From: Patescibacteria group bacterium UBA3466
GTDB taxonomy: Bacteria; Patescibacteriota; Minisyncoccia; Phycocordibacterales; UBA918
NCBI GenBank assembly: GCA_002378195.1
Contig: DFRJ01000003.1
Span: 32,879 to 96,878, forward strand
Direction of reading: 5' to 3'
DNA: 64,000 nt
The stretch's first letter is position 1, and the number at the start of each line of letters is the position of its first letter. The notes beneath the pieces are model-generated. The model was not told the DNA's origin, did not search any database, and was given only the letters and a program-made list of their open reading frames with translations. A program made the position numbers and the translations under genes. This document shows, piece by piece, positions 59,545 through 64,000 of this stretch.

Positions 59545-62079
59545 ATGTCAACTAACCAATTTATTCCAAATTTGCAGTCTGAGACCAATGAGTCTGATAT
59601 GTCAGCAAAATCTTCGGAAGACTCGCTAGTGAGTGCGCTTACTAATTTCGCACAATACATCGTGATGAGTCTATTTGTCTTGATACCGCTCTTCTTCACT
59701 CCAGGTCTATTGGCGTCATTAGGGTTTGATAAAGTTTTACTAGCTGTTGTGTCTACTTTTTCCGTTGTGATCACAGCCTCCTTTATGTCGCTGCGCAAGA
59801 CCAAGGTGATGACAGTTCTACCATTATCTCTCGGCTTCTACTGGCTGATGGTGCTGGCGGCTTTTGTGTCAGCCTTGTACTCGGGTGATGCTCAAGATGC
59901 TTTGCGAGGCAGTGTGTTTGAGGTGCAGACTGTTGGTTTTCTGGCGGTGACCGGACTAGTTATGACGGTACCGCTGGTAATGCAGAATGCCAAGAGAATC
60001 GCTTTAAGGGCAGTTGGCTTATTTTTCTTTTCAGCTTCATTGCTATTGCTTTATGTGTTCTCAAGAATTTGGCTAGGAGCAAGCTTCCTATCCTTCGGCG
60101 CCTTCACAGCTGTGACGGTGTCTCCAGTTGGTAACTTCAATGATCTGGCCATGTTGTCCGGTCTCGTGGTGGTAGCTAGTTTAATTTCGATGTCGGCCTT
60201 GCCACTCCGTACTTGGATGCAGGCGGTAATGGGGGTGGTTGTACTGATTGCACTGCTGCTGTTGTCAGTGGTTAATTTCTTCAATATCTGGGTGATTGTT
60301 GGTTTCTTCGGATTGCTGATGCTTATCTACATTCTGACACAAGACACTTTGTTTGGTCAGCAGCAAGAGAGTGCAAGGGAAGGTTCTCGAGCATTGATAG
60401 TCGTGACTACATTAGTCTGTTTAGTCAGTGCAGTATTTATTGTGGCAGGAGATTATGCCGGTAATTTTGTTAGAAACATTACCACTGTTGAATATGCTGA
60501 AGTGATTCCTTCTAATGAAGGTACGCTAGGGATTGCGCGAGCAGTCTTCGAAGATAGTGCATTGTTGGGAGTGGGTCCAAATCGCTTTGCTGATGCTTGG
60601 CGGTTGCATAAAGATCCGGCTATTAACGAAACTATTTTCTGGGATACAGATTTTAATACTGGTAGCGGATTTATCACTACATTATTTATTAATACCGGTT
60701 TACTAGGTGGACTGGTCTTCCTGGCATTCCATCTGGCGTTCCTGTATTTGGGGTACAAGATTTTGGTCAAGAGTCAAAGTTCAGACCGTAATTGGCGTTT
60801 TATTGGATCAGTATCTTTTGCAATTGCTACGTTTGTCTGGACGATGACTTATGTGTACGAGCCGGGGACGGTGATTATTCTGATCGGTGCCTTATTTACT
60901 GGGCTGACCTTTGTAGCGGCCGGTGCTTTGATGCCTAATTCGGTCAGAAAAGTGTCGCTGGTAACTAGTCGACAGCGCGGATTCGTAATGATGGCAGTGG
61001 TGATTGTACTGGTATCAAATTTAGTGATGTCATTATTGAATGTGAGTAAGCAGTACGTGGCCCAAGCTAATTTCACTCAAGCGCAAAATGAAGCTGCTTC
61101 AATTGATGAGTTTGAAGTGGCTGCTTCAGAAGCTTTTGAGCTTTATCAAGATGACCGGTTTGTAATTGCTCGAGCGCAAATAAAACTAGCTGAATTGAAT
61201 GCTTTACTTAACCTTGAGTCACCAACCGAAGCAGATCAGCAGCAGTTTTTGAGTCTTGTGGAGCAGGCAAGAATCTTTGCTGACCAGGCGATAGAGCAGG
61301 ATGATACCAACCCAAACAGTCACGCTATCATGGCTAGTGTCTATAGTGGGCTAGCGATTGCTGGTATCAACGGCGCTAGTGACCTGGCTCTGGAATCACT
61401 CGAAAAAGCCAAAGCGCTTGATCCAATGAATCCAGGCTACAACATGATGGCTGCTCAAATGGCCGCCAGAATTGGTGATTTAGAACTGGCCCGTGCCGAA
61501 ATTGCGCAATCACTCAACCTGAAGCCAAACTACACCGAAGCTTTGTTCCTCTTAGCACAACTAGATATAAGTGAAGGAAATACAGAATCTGCCATTGAGA
61601 CGACTAGAGCCATCATCACCTTAGAGCCAACCAATCCAACTCGTTACTTCCAGTTGGGTATGTTGGAGGCTTCGGTAGGCAACACCGAGTCGGCTATCGC
61701 CGCTCTTGAAATGGCCATTAGGATTGATCCACAATATGCAAATGCTAGGTTCATGTTGGCTCGTGCTTATGTTGTTACAGGTCGAAACGAGGAAGCGCTC
61801 GATCAACTTGATTTGGTGTCCCAAACGAATCCAGGTAACCCAGCTGTGGAAAGTTTTGTTGAGCAAATTAAATCAGGTGAATTGTCAGACTTGCCAGAAT
61901 TGGGTCTAGATGTGCCATTGCCGGAAGAGTCAGCTGATGAAGAGGATACCGATATCGATGTGAGTAGAGAGACAGGTAGCACTGATTTGGTTTCACCAGT
62001 GAACGCTGTGTCGGATGCGGAAGAGGAGGCCATAGAGCAGGATGAGGAAGCTGTAACGCAACCCGAAACCGAAGAGTAA
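59545..62079 (+). CDS. O-antigen ligase/polymerase-like polytopic membrane protein with C-terminal TPR repeats
   Basis: More than ten TM helices over about 480 aa. Then a TPR-like repeat region (NPNSHAIMASVY..., KPNYTEALFLLAQ...) and an acidic tail. Confidence 0.5.
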   Translation: MSTNQFIPNLQSETNESDMSAKSSEDSLVSALTNFAQYIVMSLFVLIPLFFTPGLLASLGFDKVLLAVVSTFSVVITASFMSLRKTKVMTVLPLSLGFYWLMVLAAFVSALYSGDAQDALRGSVFEVQTVGFLAVTGLVMTVPLVMQNAKRIALRAVGLFFFSASLLLLYVFSRIWLGASFLSFGAFTAVTVSPVGNFNDLAMLSGLVVVASLISMSALPLRTWMQAVMGVVVLIALLLLSVVNFFNIWVIVGFFGLLMLIYILTQDTLFGQQQESAREGSRALIVVTTLVCLVSAVFIVAGDYAGNFVRNITTVEYAEVIPSNEGTLGIARAVFEDSALLGVGPNRFADAWRLHKDPAINETIFWDTDFNTGSGFITTLFINTGLLGGLVFLAFHLAFLYLGYKILVKSQSSDRNWRFIGSVSFAIATFVWTMTYVYEPGTVIILIGALFTGLTFVAAGALMPNSVRKVSLVTSRQRGFVMMAVVIVLVSNLVMSLLNVSKQYVAQANFTQAQNEAASIDEFEVAASEAFELYQDDRFVIARAQIKLAELNALLNLESPTEADQQQFLSLVEQARIFADQAIEQDDTNPNSHAIMASVYSGLAIAGINGASDLALESLEKAKALDPMNPGYNMMAAQMAARIGDLELARAEIAQSLNLKPNYTEALFLLAQLDISEGNTESAIETTRAIITLEPTNPTRYFQLGMLEASVGNTESAIAALEMAIRIDPQYANARFMLARAYVVTGRNEEALDQLDLVSQTNPGNPAVESFVEQIKSGELSDLPELGLDVPLPEESADEEDTDIDVSRETGSTDLVSPVNAVSDAEEEAIEQDEEAVTQPETEE

Positions 62080-62132
62080 TATAATAAATGGTAAAGCGGG
62101 TATTTAATTTTGTATACCGAGAGGTAAGAGGG

Positions 62133-63758
62133 ATGCATCAAGCGGCGTATGTGATCGCGCTATTCTCGGTTGGCTCGCAGATACTAGCTATCGTAAGAGA
62201 CAGACTGTTGGCTCATAGTTTTGGTGCAGGATCAGAGCTGGACTTATATTATGCAGCTTTCAGAGTGCCAGATTTACTGTTTGTGCTGTTTGCCTCGGTT
62301 TTATCGATTTACGTATTGTTACCCTTTGTAAATAAATTTACCGAGGAAGGAGGGGCCGCAGCTGGTGCAAATATTTTGTCGCAAGTTTTCTCGGTGTTTT
62401 TGGTGGTCTATGTGGCTGTGGCTGGAGTGCTGGCTCTCGCAGCGCCTCTTTACGTGCCGCACATGTTCCCAGGTTTTGCTGGTGAAAACGATACCTTGAT
62501 TATGCTAATGCGCATACTGCTCCTACAGCCGTTTTTACTTGGTTTGTCGAGTTTGTGTGGAGTGGTGACGCAAATGAATCACCGGTTTATTTTGTACGCT
62601 CTTAGTCCGCTTTTGTATAACCTCGGTATCATACTAGGAATTATTTTGTTTTACCCTGTATTTGGTTTGTCAGGTTTGGCGTTGGGAGTGGTGGTCGGAG
62701 CAATTGGTCATTTGGCAGTGCAATTGCCGTTCGTGATTAATAGCGAATATAAATTTAATTTACTAAAGAATGTTAATTGGCCAATCATCAAAGATGTATT
62801 GTCTGTATCAATTCCGCGGGCGCTTACGCTGTCAGTTAATCAAATCGTTCTGCTGGTTTTGGTGGGAATTGCCTCAGCCATGTCAGTTGGCTCGGTGTCG
62901 GTTTTTCAGTTTGCGTTTAATCTACAATCAGTACCACTTGCCATTATCGGTATGAGTTATTCGGTCGCCGCTTTTCCAACCTTGTCACATTTATATGCTA
63001 AGAGTGATCAAAACGGTTTCAATAATCAGCTGATTACCGCCTTAAGACATATTATATTTTGGTCGGTACCGGTGATTGGGTTGGTGATCGTACTGCGTGC
63101 TCAAATAGTGCGAGTGTTGCTCGGTAGTGGTGAATTCGATTGGGGAGATACTAGACTGACCGCTGCGATGTTAGCCATTTTTGTACTATCTTTGGTGGCT
63201 CAAGCAGTGTTGCTGCTACTTATTCGGGCCTTTTATGCCGGTGGAAAAACCAAACTGCCATTGTATGTAGCAGCGTTAGGAGCTTCGGTTTCGATTGTGT
63301 CAGCTTTTATTTTGCAGCAGGTATACATCGCCTCAGACACTTTCAAGGTTTGGCTTGATTACATTTTTAGACTATCCGATGTAGCCGGGGCAGAAATTCT
63401 GGTTCTAGCTATTGCTTTCTTGATCGGCCAATTTTGTCAGCTGTTTGTCTTGATGGCAGTATCTCGTAAAGCCTTTGCCGTTAGTTATCGGTCATTATGG
63501 CGTATCACCATTCAGTCAGTTTCAGCCACTATTTTTGGTGCAGTAGCTGCATACGCAACGCTAGTGTTTGTGGTGAGTGGTGTAAATCAGGATACCTTTG
63601 TGGGGATTATGTTGCAGGGTGTGTCGGCTACGGCCGTTGGGGTAGTTGGGGTAGTGTTGGCCTATTTGGCAGTTGGTTCTAATGAGGTGGTGGAAATTTA
63701 CCGCTCTTTTCATAGTCGAATCTTCAAAACAGATGTTATTGCTCCACAAAAGCACTAG
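62133..63758 (+). CDS. murJ: lipid II flippase MurJ
   Basis: 14-TM MviN/MurJ pattern. N-terminus AAYVIALFSVGSQILAIVRDRLLAHSFGAG. Start chosen after a GAGGTAAGAGGG RBS. Confidence 0.8.
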   Translation: MHQAAYVIALFSVGSQILAIVRDRLLAHSFGAGSELDLYYAAFRVPDLLFVLFASVLSIYVLLPFVNKFTEEGGAAAGANILSQVFSVFLVVYVAVAGVLALAAPLYVPHMFPGFAGENDTLIMLMRILLLQPFLLGLSSLCGVVTQMNHRFILYALSPLLYNLGIILGIILFYPVFGLSGLALGVVVGAIGHLAVQLPFVINSEYKFNLLKNVNWPIIKDVLSVSIPRALTLSVNQIVLLVLVGIASAMSVGSVSVFQFAFNLQSVPLAIIGMSYSVAAFPTLSHLYAKSDQNGFNNQLITALRHIIFWSVPVIGLVIVLRAQIVRVLLGSGEFDWGDTRLTAAMLAIFVLSLVAQAVLLLLIRAFYAGGKTKLPLYVAALGASVSIVSAFILQQVYIASDTFKVWLDYIFRLSDVAGAEILVLAIAFLIGQFCQLFVLMAVSRKAFAVSYRSLWRITIQSVSATIFGAVAAYATLVFVVSGVNQDTFVGIMLQGVSATAVGVVGVVLAYLAVGSNEVVEIYRSFHSRIFKTDVIAPQKH

Positions 63759-63794
63759 TTTTTTTACCTATTTGCTGTAGAGTAGTGCCACATT

Positions 63795-64000
63795 ATGCAG
63801 ATTAGAAACTTTAGTATTATCGCCCATATTGATCATGGTAAATCGACCTTGGCTGATCGTATGCTAGAAGCAACCCAAACTGTCGAAGCGCGTAAGATGA
63901 AAGAGCAGGTGCTAGATTCGATGGATCTTGAGCGTGAGCGCGGTATCACTATCAAGATGCAGCCGGTTAGAATGGAGTACCAGTCTGAAGGGGAGACATA
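63795..64000 (+). CDS. lepA: elongation factor 4 (LepA), 3' end truncated by window
   Basis: [21 protein letters not shown]1 motif. Confidence 0.9.
   Translation, partial: MQIRNFSIIAHIDHGKSTLADRMLEATQTVEARKMKEQVLDSMDLERERGITIKMQPVRMEYQSEGET

Overview
This 64 kb window looks like part of a small, streamlined bacterial genome read with the standard genetic code. TGA acts as a stop codon throughout. The short genes, the type IV pilus locus with a ComF gene and the gatCA, ligA and rnpB genes fit a CPR/Patescibacteria (Saccharibacteria-like) organism. That taxonomic call is inference only.

The window divides into six regions:
- 1 to 3.9 kb: small accessory genes (GNAT acetyltransferase, SAM methyltransferase, APH-like kinase, a GGDEF diguanylate cyclase) and a convergent ComF gene.
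- 3.9 to 15.5 kb: one co-directional type IV pilus/competence locus (pilM, N-like, O-like, B, a receiver-only response regulator, pilT, pilC, two major-pilin-like genes, prepilin peptidase pilD, four minor pilin-like genes).
- 15.5 to 19.3 kb: housekeeping genes ligA, gatC and gatA.
- 20 to 28.6 kb: a tRNA-rich stretch carrying Met, Met/Ile2, Asp, Thr and Gln tRNAs, interleaved with a nucleotidyltransferase, an HD-GYP phosphodiesterase, prfB, ftsEX and pyrG. Every tRNA here is flanked by partial copies of its own ends and by two families of structured repeats.
- 28.8 to 48.6 kb: a roughly 20 kb island bounded by direct copies of the tRNA-Gln 3' end. It carries a 2401-aa SpvB/FG-GAP/YD-repeat (TcB-TcC-like) RHS polymorphic toxin with an overlapping putative immunity gene, and a large serine recombinase. 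It also carries phage-like genes (a ParB-domain DNA methyltransferase, an HTH/small-terminase-like protein, a LexA/CI-like S24 protein). It ends with a tightly packed TIR-like, caspase-like, unknown and HEPN-like gene cluster that I flag as a candidate undescribed defense system. Downstream of that cluster sit an orphan RHS C-terminal toxin cassette with its own immunity gene, and a remnant of a second recombinase at the right border.
- 48.7 to 64 kb: core genes (response regulator, msrA, DEAD-box helicase, phosphomannomutase, SpoU methylase, mgtE, DUF192, RNase P RNA, O-antigen-ligase/TPR protein, murJ, and the start of lepA).

No rRNA and no CRISPR array was seen.
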